Source: Lytechinus pictus
Lineage: Eukaryota
Reading direction: 5' to 3'
Assembly: GCF_037042905.1 (NCBI RefSeq)
Contig: NC_087257.1
Span: 17,732,001 to 17,796,000, forward strand
Length of the DNA: 64,000 nt
Part shown: positions 63,170-64,000 of the stretch, piece after piece
Position numbering within the stretch: position 1 is the first letter of the stretch
Layout of the letters: each line of letters begins with the position of its first letter
Notes under the pieces: model-generated
What the model saw: the letters and a program-made list of their open reading frames with translations, nothing else
What the model was told of the DNA's origin: nothing
The model's database searches: none
Translations under genes and position numbers: made by a program

Positions 63170-63290
63170 CTTCTACCTCCTCCTCCTCCTCCTTTTTTTC
63201 CTTCTTGTTCTCCTTCTTCTTCTTGTTCTTAGTCTTCTTCATCTTCTTCTTTTTTCTTCTTGTTCTTCTTCTTCTTCTTCCTTTTTCTTT
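63170..63290. repeat. (CCT)/(CTT)n trinucleotide repeat
   Basis: Visible triplet array; source of the spurious ORFs at 63093-63347. Confidence 0.9.
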
Positions 63291-64000
63291 TCGGCGGGGG
63301 GAGGGTGGGGGCAAAAAAATACGCTTTGCCATTTTATTATAAATTGACTGTCTTTACGGAGTGCCGAATCTTACTTGAGACTCACGATTCAGATTCAGAA
63401 TATCTATTTCTGTAAAAAAAAAAAATGCTGGCACTAAATGAACATTACACAAGACAGACGAAAAACAAATATTTAAACTATCAGATTCAAATACAAACGT
63501 AATAAATAGATAAATAATCAACACAAAAATACCAAGATATACTCAATCTCCATGCATCTCCCCAGGGCCGTAGCCAGAAGCATTTTGTTGGGGGGGTGTA
63601 CCAGCTAAATTTGCCAACTAAATTTGGCGTGACAGCGCCAACGTGAGCACAGGGGGAGTCTGATGGGGGGTGTGCCCCCCCCCCTACAATAATCACATGC
63701 TAAAAGATTTTGAATTTTTAGAATTGAATTAGTGGCATTTGGTGAATACTTTAAGGTAAATTATACAAAGATATACAAAGATATTTGCACTGCAAAAATA
63801 AACATTTTGGATCAAAATAGAAAGGCTAGTGTGCCGTAGTTGCTAACTTGCAGTATAATGCCCTATATGCATTAATAATATCAAAATCAAAGATTTGTTC
63901 ATTTTTAATTGACCTTCTGTGCAAGATGTTTCAACTAACATTTCAAGAGTGCTACTGCTAACAGTGGTGTACCGTGGGTCACGGCATTGGGGGCGGCACC

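Overview
AT-rich animal genomic DNA with two assembly gaps. The repeat families and receptor type suggest an echinoderm, probably a sea urchin (inference). It holds: (1) the first four coding exons of a plexin-domain-containing protein gene (PLXDC1/2-like; minus strand, 16951 to 6416, continuing off the left edge), which the ORF track does not show as a gene; (2) four tandem minus-strand class A (rhodopsin-family) GPCR genes, three with intronless CDS and one with a 563-nt intron bounded by a CAGGTAT direct repeat; (3) a decayed CR1/L2-group LINE with a SINE inserted in its RT, a truncated Gypsy gag-pol and many non-autonomous DNA transposons, some nested. Main leads: a 2.0-kb element (24759-26757) whose two ends begin with the exact V(D)J RSS heptamer CACAGTG followed by nonamer-like A-tracts (Transib/RAG-like transposon ends); the probable intron gain in GPCR-4; and the palindromes TACATGTA (dense in the PLXDC gene body) and TAGGCCTA (almost all elsewhere), which look like TA-target transposon excision footprints. 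All alignments and counts were done by eye; no database search was run.
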